Source: Candidatus Limnocylindrus sp. (lineage in GTDB: Bacteria; Chloroflexota; Limnocylindria; Limnocylindrales; Limnocylindraceae). Taken from it: a DNA stretch of 64,000 nucleotides. Location of the stretch: the NCBI GenBank assembly GCA_040397175.1, contig JBBAWM010000001.1, positions 57,976 to 121,975 of the forward strand. The letters run 5' to 3'. This document shows, in pieces, positions 27,831-39,424 of this stretch (positions are counted from its first letter, which is position 1; every line of letters begins with the position of its first letter). A program made the position numbers and the translations under genes. Below the pieces are notes generated by a model that was given only the letters and a program-made list of their open reading frames with translations, was not told the origin of the DNA and ran no database searches.

Positions 27831-29879
27831 TCAGCGAACCTGGTGCCCGTCGTGCAGGTGCAGCGTTGGAACAACGCCGTGCAAAGTGCCCGCGAGCACG
27901 CCCTTGGCGATCTCAACGATGCGCTCTGGGGTAAAGCCGAACTCCTTGAAGAGTATTGGCGCGGGAGCCGACGCGCCGAAGCGATCCATCGCAATGATGG
28001 CGCCGTCGGTGCCCGACCAGCGATCCCAGCCGAAGCTCACACCCGCCTCAATGGCGACACGAGCGCGCAGTGCGGCTGGAAGGACCGACTCGCGATACGC
28101 CGCGTCCTGCTCACCAAATAGTTCGGGGCAGGGCATTGAAACAACGCGCGTTGGTGTGCCCGCGGCCTCGAGCTGCTCTGCCGCCGCAACGGCGAGGTGC
28201 AACTCTGAGCCTGTCGAAATCAAGAGCATCTTCGCGGTGCCTGTTGCCTCGCGCAACACGTATGCGCCACGTCGCACGCCTGCTGTCGCTCCAGTGATGG
28301 AACCGGCGAGTACTGGCAACTTCTGTCGTGTGAAGGCGAGCACGGTTGGCGCGTGTCGTCGCTCAACGGCGACGCCCCACGCCGCGGCGGCCTCGTTTGG
28401 ATCTCCGGGTCGGAAGAAGCGCACGTTCGGAGTGGCGCGAAGTGCGGCGTAATGCTCGACCGGCTGATGCGTTGGGCCATCTTCGCCGAGACCGATGGAG
28501 TCATGCGTGAAGACGAAGATGCTACCGAGGTTGGCGAGTGCCGCGAGACGGAGCGCGCCGCGCAGATAATCGCTAAAGGTCAAGAAGGTCGCCACGAAGG
28601 GAATCAGACCACCGTGATACGAGATCCCGTTCGCAATCGCAGCCATTGCATGCTCGCGAACGCCGTAGCTAATGTTGCGGCCCGCTTCGGTGGCGGTGAA
28701 CTTGCCGCCGCCATGAATGTCGGTGAGGTTCGACTCAGAAAGGTCGGCGCTGCCGCCAATCAACTCTGGAAGCACCGCGCCAAGCGCGGTGATGCTCGAC
28801 TGGCTGACGTTGCGCGTTGGCGCATCGCCGCCAAGTTCGTACTTCGGCAAGGCGCTCTCCCAGCCGGCAGGCAGCGTTCCCGCCATTCGGCGCTGTAGCT
28901 CGGCGGCCTCTGATGGGAAGGCGGTGGCGTAGGCGAGCAGCTGCTTGGCGTGCGCGGCGACGAGCGTGGCGCCATGGTCGCTGCGCTCCTTATAGAGGGC
29001 GGCAACATCGGCAGGCACTGCAAAGGTTGCCTCTGGGTCAACCCCGTAGGCGGCCTTCGTGAGCTTCACTTCGTCGGGGCCCAGTGGGGCGCCGTGGGAT
29101 TTCTGGCTCCCCGCCTTGTTCGGTGAACCGAAGCCAATGACGGTGCGCACCGCGATCAGGCTCGGTCGCTCATCGGCGATCGCCCAATCAATAGCGCGAT
29201 CAATCGCCTCAATGTCATTGCCATCTTCGACACGCGCGGTGTGCCAGCCATAGGCATCAAAGCGCTTCAGCACATCCTCGGACCAGGCGGTGGAGGTTGG
29301 CCCATCAAGCTGAATCAGGTTGTCATCCCAGAGGTAGATCAACTTGCTGAGCTTGAGGTGCCCCGCGAGCGATGCGGCTTCGGAGGCGATCCCCTCCTGC
29401 AGGTCGCCGTCGGAGACGATGGCGAAGACACGGTGATCGATGACGGTGTGCCCTGGGCGGTTGAACTCTTCGGCGAGGCGGCGCTCTGCGATCGCCATAC
29501 CAACACCGTTGGCGAAGCCTTGCCCGAGTGGGCCGGTGGTGGCCTCAACGCCTGCGGTCAGTCCGAACTCTGGGTGCCCAGGTGTGAGCGAGCCCCATTG
29601 GCGGAACGCCTTGAGGTCGTCAAGGGTGAGGCCGTAGCCGGCGAGGTGAATGAGCGAGTAGAGGAGTGCGCTCGCGTGTCCATTAGAGAGGAGGAAGCGG
29701 TCGCGATTGAACCAGTTCGGCGTGGCGGGCGCGTGCCGGAGGTGTCGCGACCAGATCGTATGGGCCATTGGGGCACAGCCCATTGGAGCGCCGGGGTGTC
29801 CACTGTTGGCCGCCTGCACCGTGTCAATGGCGAGGGTGCGAATCGTGGTGACGGCCGACTGGTCGAGTCGCTGATCCAT
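27831..29879 (-). CDS. tkt: Transketolase
   Basis: [59 protein letters not shown]. Confidence 0.97.
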   Translation of the reverse strand: MDQRLDQSAVTTIRTLAIDTVQAANSGHPGAPMGCAPMAHTIWSRHLRHAPATPNWFNRDRFLLSNGHASALLYSLIHLAGYGLTLDDLKAFRQWGSLTPGHPEFGLTAGVEATTGPLGQGFANGVGMAIAERRLAEEFNRPGHTVIDHRVFAIVSDGDLQEGIASEAASLAGHLKLSKLIYLWDDNLIQLDGPTSTAWSEDVLKRFDAYGWHTARVEDGNDIEAIDRAIDWAIADERPSLIAVRTVIGFGSPNKAGSQKSHGAPLGPDEVKLTKAAYGVDPEATFAVPADVAALYKERSDHGATLVAAHAKQLLAYATAFPSEAAELQRRMAGTLPAGWESALPKYELGGDAPTRNVSQSSITALGAVLPELIGGSADLSESNLTDIHGGGKFTATEAGRNISYGVREHAMAAIANGISYHGGLIPFVATFLTFSDYLRGALRLAALANLGSIFVFTHDSIGLGEDGPTHQPVEHYAALRATPNVRFFRPGDPNEAAAAWGVAVERRHAPTVLAFTRQKLPVLAGSITGATAGVRRGAYVLREATGTAKMLLISTGSELHLAVAAAEQLEAAGTPTRVVSMPCPELFGEQDAAYRESVLPAALRARVAIEAGVSFGWDRWSGTDGAIIAMDRFGASAPAPILFKEFGFTPERIVEIAKGVLAGTLHGVVPTLHLHDGHQVR

Positions 29880-30001
29880 GGCTCACTCCATCCATTGTTC
29901 GGCAGGTTGGCCGCGGGCGCGGTGTCATTCGAGTGCGCCCCGGTGCTGCAAGGAGATTGTAGACTCCCTCCAGGTGCGCCGTTGCAAAACCGTGTGGCAA
30001 C

Positions 30002-31063
30002 GTGGCGCCACCCCGCCAAGGAGGAGCTATCTCAGCATCTACCTCGCCTGCCGCCGTTAACGCCACGGGAATCGGCCGCGTCTTTCAGGCGAAGGGCGGC
30101 CCGGTCACCGCGCTCGACGGCATCGACCTGCGCATTGAGCCTGGTGAGCTCTTTGGAGTGCTCGGCCCAAACGGCGCCGGGAAGAGCACGCTGATCAAGA
30201 TCCTGAGCACCCTTCTCCTTCCGAGTACCGGCTCCGCCTCGATTTTTGGCCTCGACGTGGTCACTGAAACGGCACGCGTGCGCCGGATCATGAACCTCGT
30301 TGCCGGCGGTGACTTCTCTGGGTACGGGCTACTGACGGTTCGTGAACAGCTCGCGATGTTCGCCCAGTTCTACGGCCTGCCGTATCGCGAGGGGATGGCG
30401 AAGGTTGATGCACAGCTCGCTTCGTTCGGAATTGACGACATTCGTGATCGCAAGATCTCCGCCCTCTCGACGGGGCAGCGCCAGAAGCTGAACTTTGCGC
30501 GATCGTTCTTGAACGATCCGTGGATCCTCTTCCTCGATGAGCCAACGATCGGTCTCGACGTTTCGGCCGCGCGCGACGTGCGCGATCGCGTGCGAGCATT
30601 CCAAGCGGAGCAGCCTGGTCGAACCGTGCTGCTCACAACGCACTACATGGCAGAGGCGGATGAGATGTGCGATCGCATCGCGATCGTTGATCACGGCCGT
30701 ATCTTAGCGCAGGGAACACCAACGGAGCTCAAGCGCATGGTGCAAAAGGATGCGCTCTTCATTGTTGGCGTGGACGCACTACCGGCGGCGATGTCGTTAG
30801 ATTCGCTGCGCGCACTCCCCGGCGTGCTTTCAGTCGCCGCGCGAGATGCCGATGGCAGCGACACCTCTGGCGTTGGGTCGCCAATGCTTCGACTTGCGAT
30901 CGGTCTTAAGGAAGATGCCGCACTTGGTGGCGTGATTAGTGCGCTCGCCGAGAACGGCGCGCACCTGCAAGAGATTTCAAAGAGCGAGCCAACCCTCGAA
31001 GAGGTCTTTGTCCAACTGGTCGGTCGCGGCATCAGCGAATCCGATGAGTCGTCCAATGGGTAA
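30002..31063 (+). CDS. ABC-2 exporter ATP-binding protein (start uncertain: GTG 30002 or ATC 30029)
   Basis: GPNGAGKST, LSTGQRQK, FLDEPTIGLD, LTTHYMAEA, EPTLEEVF. Confidence 0.9.
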   Translation: MAPPRQGGAISASTSPAAVNATGIGRVFQAKGGPVTALDGIDLRIEPGELFGVLGPNGAGKSTLIKILSTLLLPSTGSASIFGLDVVTETARVRRIMNLVAGGDFSGYGLLTVREQLAMFAQFYGLPYREGMAKVDAQLASFGIDDIRDRKISALSTGQRQKLNFARSFLNDPWILFLDEPTIGLDVSAARDVRDRVRAFQAEQPGRTVLLTTHYMAEADEMCDRIAIVDHGRILAQGTPTELKRMVQKDALFIVGVDALPAAMSLDSLRALPGVLSVAARDADGSDTSGVGSPMLRLAIGLKEDAALGGVISALAENGAHLQEISKSEPTLEEVFVQLVGRGISESDESSNG

Positions 31064-31946
31064 AGGCGTCGTTGGCGCCGAAGCCACCGCGCTCATCTCA
31101 CGGATTCAAGGGGAGACCACCTGGAGTTTGGGTCGACGCATGCGTCACGCATTCGCTTCGGTTGTAGCGCGCGCGTATCCGCGGGTGATCGGTGCCGCGC
31201 GCGAGCCCTCATGGCTCTTCTTTGACCTTGTCTTTCCAATCCTCGGCATGTGCTCGATTGTCTTTTTGCTTCGCTCGCGTGGCGTCGATGAGGCGTGGAT
31301 CGGCTCCACGATTTTGGCCACCGCGCTCCTCTCGTTCTGGATCTCGGTGGTTTGGATGATGGGGGCGCAGTTCCACTGGGAGCGCGACTCCGGGAACCTC
31401 CTCCTCTACATCACCGCCCCAGTCGGCCTCGGTGCAATTGCACTCGGCATGGCGATCGGCGGTGCCCTCGGTGTGGTCATTCGGGCCGTGATCATCACGC
31501 TCGCGGGCGTGCTGCTCTTCGGGGCGAAGTACCAGGTCGCCGACCCGCTCCTGCTGGCGCTCGTCATCCTGGCGGGGGTGGCGGCGATGTATTCGCTCGG
31601 CGTCTGCCTCTCGTCGGTATTTCTCATTTCGGGTCGCGAGGCGGACCATCTTGGCAGCCTCTTGAACGAGCCAATGCAGCTGCTCGGCGGCGTCTATGCG
31701 CCGGTGCGCTCCATGGGCACGGCAGGGGTGATTGCGCTCGGCATCCTGCCACTCGCACCGGCGATAGATGCGCTACGCCAGGTCGCGGTGCCACAACTTT
31801 CTGCGACAGGTTTCTTACCTGTTGGCGTTGAACTGCTGATTCTGTTGGTAATGACCATTGTGTTCGGCGTGATCGGACGCGTACTGCTCGCCCACATTGA
31901 ACGGGTCGGACGTGCCAGTGGGAAGTTGTTGGCGCGTGCCGATTAG
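31056..31946 (+). CDS. ABC-2 exporter permease
   Basis: About 6 TM segments, WERDSGNL..YITAP, GVYAPV; follows the ATPase. Confidence 0.85.
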   Translation: MGKGVVGAEATALISRIQGETTWSLGRRMRHAFASVVARAYPRVIGAAREPSWLFFDLVFPILGMCSIVFLLRSRGVDEAWIGSTILATALLSFWISVVWMMGAQFHWERDSGNLLLYITAPVGLGAIALGMAIGGALGVVIRAVIITLAGVLLFGAKYQVADPLLLALVILAGVAAMYSLGVCLSSVFLISGREADHLGSLLNEPMQLLGGVYAPVRSMGTAGVIALGILPLAPAIDALRQVAVPQLSATGFLPVGVELLILLVMTIVFGVIGRVLLAHIERVGRASGKLLARAD

Positions 31947-32829
31947 TGCAGGCTCTGCACCAGAGGTGCGACCGTTCGGCCCGCTGCGTGGCGGCGCTGC
32001 TGACGCGGCGCGATCCCTTGTCGCATCGGCGCGACTCGCCTGGGCGATTGAGGGGAACTGGGCGGAGCCGATCTACCTTGCAGCGTTCCTCATCGTTCGA
32101 CCACTCGCATTTCTCGGCCTTTTCCTCGCTGTCCTCGGTATTGGCGGAACACTGAACGTCGCGACGATCGGATTCGTGGTGATTGGGCAGGCCGTCTTCC
32201 AGATTGTCAGCGCCGCACTTGAGGGACCAACACACGCGCTGCTCGATGACCGTGAACGCTATCGCACGATTCGCTACATCTTTGCGACACCATCGTCGCT
32301 TCTCCCTGTCTCTATTGGTCGCTCGTTGGTGAAGGCCAGCATTGCGGGGTTTAGTGCGCTCATCGTGATTGGCGCAGGGATGCTACTCGGCGTGCCGATG
32401 CGCGCGGGCGGACCAGATCTGCTGCTCCTCGCGGCAGTGCTGCCGCTCGGGCTCCTCTCGGTTGTTGGGCTTGGCATCGTGCTCGGTGGCGTTTGTGTGC
32501 AACTCCGTAATGACGCATGGGCCTACCCGCAGGCCGTCTCATCGACGGTCTTCCTGCTCTGCGGTGCGATCTTCCCGTTGGAGGTGCTTCCAGGGCCTGT
32601 GCAGAACATTGCGGTCGCACTACCGATCACCTGGTGGATTGAGGGGTTGCGCCGGGCCCTGCTCGGCACGACCTCACCAGGTATGCTCGGCGCCATGCCC
32701 ACGAACGAGCTCCTCCTGATCCTTGCCGCGGGCACCATCGTGATTTGGCTCATCTCGCCACGCCTCTTTGTGGCAGGTATCGACCGTGCTCGTGAGAAGG
32801 GGTATCTCGACCGGAACACCGCCTCATGA
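31936..32829 (+). CDS. ABC-2 exporter permease (second)
   Basis: About 6 TM segments, DDRERYRTIRYIF.TP, CGAIFPLEVLP, LPITWWIEGLRRAL. Confidence 0.85.
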   Translation: MPISAGSAPEVRPFGPLRGGAADAARSLVASARLAWAIEGNWAEPIYLAAFLIVRPLAFLGLFLAVLGIGGTLNVATIGFVVIGQAVFQIVSAALEGPTHALLDDRERYRTIRYIFATPSSLLPVSIGRSLVKASIAGFSALIVIGAGMLLGVPMRAGGPDLLLLAAVLPLGLLSVVGLGIVLGGVCVQLRNDAWAYPQAVSSTVFLLCGAIFPLEVLPGPVQNIAVALPITWWIEGLRRALLGTTSPGMLGAMPTNELLLILAAGTIVIWLISPRLFVAGIDRAREKGYLDRNTAS

Positions 32830-33740
32830 GCCGCACCCCACTAAGCGCTCGCGCCGTTGCCGAGCTTGGCGTGCTCGTGGCCATGGCAACGTGGGCGGTG
32901 AACTTTACCGTCGTTAAGGCGGCAGTCCTTGCCTGGCCTGTCCTTCCATTCTCGGCGATTCGAATCACCGCCGCCGGAATCTTGGTGCTCGGTTGGGCCG
33001 CAGCGCGCGGCGCAAACTTCCGCATGGCACGCCGCGACCTCCTGGCAGCAGCCTTGTTCGGAGTCATTGGTCAGGGCCTGTATCAACTCCTCTGGGCCGG
33101 CGCGTTCGGCACCATCAATGCGGGCACGAGCGCGCTCCTCATCGCTGGTACGCCGTTCCTGACCGCCATCCTCGCCTCACTGTTGCGGATTGATCCGTTG
33201 AAGCCGGCTGTCGTAGTCGGTGGCTTAATCGCCTTTGCTGGCGTTATTGCCGTTGCCCTTGGTGAGGGAGAGGGTGCATTTGGTGGCGAGACGACCGGCG
33301 TGCTGATGACGCTCGGTGCCGCCGTCTGCTGGGCGGTCTACCTGCTCGCCGGGGCGCGCGTCATTCCACGCGTTGGTGCCATTGCGTGGACTGCGTGGAG
33401 CATGCTCTTTGGTGGGGCTGCCCTCTTCGTCTCTGCATTCGCCGCTGGGCAGCTCACTGGGCTCGTTGCGCCACCGCCGGTCGCGATCTTTGGCCTGGTC
33501 TTCGCAACGCTCGGTTCCAGCAGCCTGGCGAACGTCTTGTACTTCACCGCAGTTCCAATCGTTGGTGTCTCCCGCGTCTCCAGCTTCCAGCTGCTCGTGC
33601 CATTCCTCGCCGTCATCGTCTCAGCCATCGTGCTCAGCGAGGCCCCTGCGCCGATTCAGGCGTTCGGTGGCGCGCTCATCCTGTTGGGCATCTGGGCAGG
33701 GCGCCAAACCAACCTCCCGTTCCGCCGCCGCCTGCGATAG
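32826..33740 (+). CDS. EamA/DMT transporter
   Basis: TWAVNFTVVK, about 10 TM segments, SSFQLLVP..AV..SAIVLSE. Confidence 0.87.
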   Translation: MSRTPLSARAVAELGVLVAMATWAVNFTVVKAAVLAWPVLPFSAIRITAAGILVLGWAAARGANFRMARRDLLAAALFGVIGQGLYQLLWAGAFGTINAGTSALLIAGTPFLTAILASLLRIDPLKPAVVVGGLIAFAGVIAVALGEGEGAFGGETTGVLMTLGAAVCWAVYLLAGARVIPRVGAIAWTAWSMLFGGAALFVSAFAAGQLTGLVAPPPVAIFGLVFATLGSSSLANVLYFTAVPIVGVSRVSSFQLLVPFLAVIVSAIVLSEAPAPIQAFGGALILLGIWAGRQTNLPFRRRLR

Positions 33741-33785
33741 ACTCCGTCAGGCTCGTTCGGGGAAACCCCGAGCGCCCCACCTTGA

Positions 33786-35546
<1,761 letters not shown>

Positions 35547-35589
35547 GCGCCCATAATTGGGCCAAGCCATTGAGCATTGAGGGGGCACT

Positions 35590-36246
35590 ATGAAGTTCTT
35601 CTTGGACACCGCCGACATTGAAGAGATCAAGACGGGCATTAAGTGGGGCGTCGTTGACGGCGTCACCACGAACCCGTCGCTCTACGCGAAGGTTGGCGGC
35701 TCGTACGAGGAGATCCTCAAGGAGATCTGTGGCCTGACCAAGGGCCCGGTCTCTGCAGAAGTCATCAGCGATGACGCCGATGGCATGGTGAAGGAGGGTC
35801 TTGCCTTTGCGAAGATCGCTCCGAATATCGTCGTCAAGGTTGCCCTCACCACCGCCGGCCTTGAGGCGATCAGTCGCCTCGCCGCCGAGGGGATCAAGAC
35901 GAACTGCACCCTGATCTTCACCGCAAACCAGGGGCTCATGGCGGCAAAGGCCGGCGCCTCGCTCATCAGCCCATTCGTTGGCCGACTTGACGATATCAAC
36001 GAAGACGGCATGATCGTCATCCAGGAGCTCGCCGAAATCTTCGCGAACTACGAGGGACTCGATCACTGCGAGATCCTCGCCGCTTCGATCCGCCACCCAC
36101 GACACGTCACCGAGTCGGCACTGGCAGGGGCGCACGTTGCGACGATGCCGCTGAAGGTGTTGGAACAGATGACGAAGCACCCACTCACCGAGAAGGGGAT
36201 CGCGATCTTTAAGTCGGACTGGGCGAAGGCAACCTCCGGGAAGTAG
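35590..36246 (+). CDS. tal: Transaldolase / fructose-6-phosphate aldolase family (short MipB/TalC type)
   Basis: MKFFLDTAD, GVTTNPSL, NIVVK, TNCTLIF, SPFVGRLDD, AASIRHP. Confidence 0.9.
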   Translation: MKFFLDTADIEEIKTGIKWGVVDGVTTNPSLYAKVGGSYEEILKEICGLTKGPVSAEVISDDADGMVKEGLAFAKIAPNIVVKVALTTAGLEAISRLAAEGIKTNCTLIFTANQGLMAAKAGASLISPFVGRLDDINEDGMIVIQELAEIFANYEGLDHCEILAASIRHPRHVTESALAGAHVATMPLKVLEQMTKHPLTEKGIAIFKSDWAKATSGK

Positions 36247-36270
36247 TCGCGGGCCTGAATTTGCGGGCCC

Positions 36271-36299
36271 TTGACGAGCGGCAGCGCCTGCCGTAGAGT
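36271..36299 (+). promoter_or_regulatory. Sigma-70-type promoter of rho
   Basis: TTGACG (36271-36276), 17 nt, TAGAGT (36294-36299). Confidence 0.75.
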
Positions 36300-36394
36300 T
36301 CTCTCATCCCCCCCCGAACTACACAGCGAACGCGGCGCAGTTGCGCGTACCAGGGATGTATCCACCCACAGTTAGAGGAAGGTATTCAACTGAT

Positions 36395-37801
36395 ATGAAC
36401 GACGGACGAAACCGCGGCCCACGACGACCACCCCGCCGCGGCGGACCAAACCCAAACTCCATGCGCATGCCACAGGGCGCACTCCCTGCCGATGTCGAGG
36501 TGCTCTCCGAGGCCGACCTTGCTGCCGAAGGGCTCGTCTCGTTCGCCGCGCTCGCGAACATGACCGCCACCGAACTCATTGCGGCCGCCAAGAAACTCGG
36601 CGTCGTGGCCACGCAGCAAGAGGAGCTCGCCGCCGTCATTCAGAAGATCCTCACGGCGCAGGCCGACGAACAGGGTCAGATCTGGGCCGAAGGCATTCTC
36701 GAAATCGTCGATGACGGCTACGGCTTCATTCGACGCAATGGGCTACTCCCAAGTGCCGACGATGTCTACGTTCCGTCGCCAATGGTGCGCCGACTCGGCT
36801 TACGCCAGGGCGACACGATCGGTGGCGTCATTCGCGCACCGCGCGAGGGCGAGAAGTTCTGGGGGATGCTCCGCGTCGAGATCGTCTCCGGCACCGACCC
36901 AGAGTCGGCGCGACAGCGTCCGCACTTCGGCGACCTCACCCCAATTCACCCGATTGAGTTGATCAACCTCGAGACGGTTCCGTCAAACCTGTCGCAGCGA
37001 CTGATCAACTTGGTGAACCCGCTCGGTAAGGGGCAGCGCGCACTCATCGTCTCGCCGCCGAAGGCTGGTAAGACGAGCCTACTCAAGCAGATCGCCCAAG
37101 GCGTCACGGCGAACTATCCAGAGATTTCACTGATGGTCTGCCTCATTGGCGAGCGACCAGAAGAGGTGACCGACATGCGTCGCTCGGTGAAGGGCGAAGT
37201 AATCTCGTCGACCTTCGATGAGCCAACCGAGAACCACACGCATGTCGCCGAGATGGCGCTCGAGATTGCGAAGCGCCGCACCGAGGCCGGTGCCGACGTA
37301 GTCGTGCTGCTCGACTCCATCACCCGACTGGCGCGCGCCTACAACCTGGCACTGCCTCCATCTGGCCGAACGCTCTCGGGCGGTATTGACCCGATTGCGC
37401 TCTATCCACCGAAGCGCTTCTTTGGTGCCGCGCGAAAGCTGGAAGAGGGCGGCTCGCTCACCATCATCGGAACCTGCTTGGTCGACACCGGCTCGAAGAT
37501 GGACGACGTGATCTACGAAGAGTTCAAGGGGACGGGCAACTCCGAACTCGTGCTCGACCGCAAGTTGGCCGAGAAGCGCATCTTCCCGGCGATCGATGTG
37601 CAGCGCTCCGGAACCCGTCGCGAAGAGCTCCTCCTCGATGAGGGGACCCTCAAGATGGTCTGGACGATGCGCCGCATGCTCTCTGCCGTTGGCGCGAATG
37701 AGGGGATTGAGTTGCTCCTCAATCGCATCGCCAAGACGGAGTCGAACGCCCAATTCCTCGCCTCGCTCACCAAGGGAACCGAGGGGTCGAACCCCGCGTA
37801 A
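36395..37801 (+). CDS. rho: Transcription termination factor Rho
   Basis: [65 protein letters not shown]. Confidence 0.97.
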   Translation: MNDGRNRGPRRPPRRGGPNPNSMRMPQGALPADVEVLSEADLAAEGLVSFAALANMTATELIAAAKKLGVVATQQEELAAVIQKILTAQADEQGQIWAEGILEIVDDGYGFIRRNGLLPSADDVYVPSPMVRRLGLRQGDTIGGVIRAPREGEKFWGMLRVEIVSGTDPESARQRPHFGDLTPIHPIELINLETVPSNLSQRLINLVNPLGKGQRALIVSPPKAGKTSLLKQIAQGVTANYPEISLMVCLIGERPEEVTDMRRSVKGEVISSTFDEPTENHTHVAEMALEIAKRRTEAGADVVVLLDSITRLARAYNLALPPSGRTLSGGIDPIALYPPKRFFGAARKLEEGGSLTIIGTCLVDTGSKMDDVIYEEFKGTGNSELVLDRKLAEKRIFPAIDVQRSGTRREELLLDEGTLKMVWTMRRMLSAVGANEGIELLLNRIAKTESNAQFLASLTKGTEGSNPA

Positions 37802-37887
37802 CCCTCGCACGAGGCACAACGCGTGCCAGGGGGCCCAGCTCGGCGAGGGAGCCGAGGGGTAGACTAAGGCGGAGATCGGAGGCTGGA

Positions 37888-39420
37888 ATGCCAAACACGA
37901 AACGCCAACCAACGTCCGCCCGCGGCTCCAAGCATCGCAATGTGCGTGCGGGGAGCCTCACCTTCCGCCTCGCTGCGGCCATCCGCCGTCGCCTCCTCGC
38001 CTTCGGATCGCTCCTGGAACGCAGTGGGGAGCGAGCCATTCGGTTGAGCCTCTTCCGCGCTGGGGAGTTCCTCAAGCGCCCACTACCGCGTCGGGTCCGC
38101 GTTCACCCGACCCTCGCCAATCGCACCTCGGGCCTCGCCGTGGCGGCGATCGCCCATAAGGTCACTCCGGCCCTCGAGGAGCGCGGCATCCTACGATCGC
38201 TCCGTCGCCGTCGCCGTTCCCTCGACTCCGGCCTTCGCCAACTCGGTCACGAACCAGAGCGAGCGATGCCGCTCGTGATCGCCGGACTCTTGAGCGTCGC
38301 GATTGTCGCAAGCCTGCTGCCCGGTCCGACCCTTGACGCTCGATCCCAGGCGCTGAACGACGGCGGCATGAGTGTGGCCCCGAACGCAGAGTCGGCATCA
38401 GCCTTCACCACGCCGTGGGGCGGTATTGAAAACCCAGATCGTTTTGTCGTAGACGGTGTCACCGAGATGGTCGCAGTAACCGACGGTGTGCTGATTGGGG
38501 ATATTGCGCCGGCGGGCACCTTCTCCATGCGGGCAACGGAGGTCGTTACGCAGGTTAGCGAGCCAGTGACCGCGACGACTGCAACGGATGGGCCGATCTT
38601 CCTCGACGATGGCACCCTTGAACTCCCTGCTGCGATCGACATCGTGGTTGCCGATGGGCGAGATCATGTTGCGATCCATGTGGTCACTCGTGGTGAAACA
38701 CTTGCAGCAATCGCGCGAAAACACGGCATCAACTCCATGGAGCTGATTTGGTCGAACAACCTGCAGTCGGCCGACAACCCAGCGGGCGGGAAGCGGCTTC
38801 GCGTGCCAGACACACACGGCGTCGTCGTTACGGTTCGTGAACATGAGACGCTCAAATCCATCGCATCGAAGTTTGGAGTTACCCCATCGAAGATTCGCGC
38901 GTATAACAAGCTGAAGACAGCAGACCTTGTTCTGGGCATGATCCTTGTTCTCCCGGGTGGTCGCGGCGCAGCGTTGCCGACGTTCACCCGTAAAGATGGG
39001 CTCATCGGCTATTCGGGTCCGGTGCCAAAGGTGTATAGCGGCGTCAGGTTCCGATACCCGGTTCCAGGCGGGTACTTTATTCGCGGATTCACTCGCACAC
39101 ACCTTGGAATGGATATTGGCAACAACTATGGCGCGACGGTTATTGCGGCGGGCGACGGTGTCGTGGTCTTTACGGGGTGGCGCAATAATTGCGGCGGCAA
39201 CCAGGTCATCATTGCGCACGGGTCCAATCTGTACACTGGCTACTACCACCTCTCCGGCATCGTGGCGCGCACCGGTCAAAAGGTGACGCGCGGAACTCGC
39301 ATTGGCAGAATTGGCCAAACGGGGTGTGCGACCGGCCCGCACCTACACTTCGTCGTCTCTCGAGGCTTCCCACTCGCGGGTACTTCGACGCTCTACAACC
39401 CTGTTCGTTTCCTCCCGTAG
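37888..39420 (+). CDS. Membrane-anchored M23 peptidase with two LysM domains
   Basis: TM around residues 127-145; LysM HVVTRGETLAAIARKHGI and VTVREHETLKSIASKFGV; M23 HLGMD, YYHLS, GPHLHF. Confidence 0.88.
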   Translation: MPNTKRQPTSARGSKHRNVRAGSLTFRLAAAIRRRLLAFGSLLERSGERAIRLSLFRAGEFLKRPLPRRVRVHPTLANRTSGLAVAAIAHKVTPALEERGILRSLRRRRRSLDSGLRQLGHEPERAMPLVIAGLLSVAIVASLLPGPTLDARSQALNDGGMSVAPNAESASAFTTPWGGIENPDRFVVDGVTEMVAVTDGVLIGDIAPAGTFSMRATEVVTQVSEPVTATTATDGPIFLDDGTLELPAAIDIVVADGRDHVAIHVVTRGETLAAIARKHGINSMELIWSNNLQSADNPAGGKRLRVPDTHGVVVTVREHETLKSIASKFGVTPSKIRAYNKLKTADLVLGMILVLPGGRGAALPTFTRKDGLIGYSGPVPKVYSGVRFRYPVPGGYFIRGFTRTHLGMDIGNNYGATVIAAGDGVVVFTGWRNNCGGNQVIIAHGSNLYTGYYHLSGIVARTGQKVTRGTRIGRIGQTGCATGPHLHFVVSRGFPLAGTSTLYNPVRFLP

Positions 39421-39424
39421 CGCG

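Noticed and set aside
29981-30001. GTTGC-N11-GCAAC inverted repeat in the tkt/ABC divergent gap
   Set aside because: Only 5-bp arms, a single occurrence and no regulator nearby
37813-37857. Two small hairpins after rho as an intrinsic terminator
   Set aside because: 5-6 bp stems with no U-tract; insufficient support
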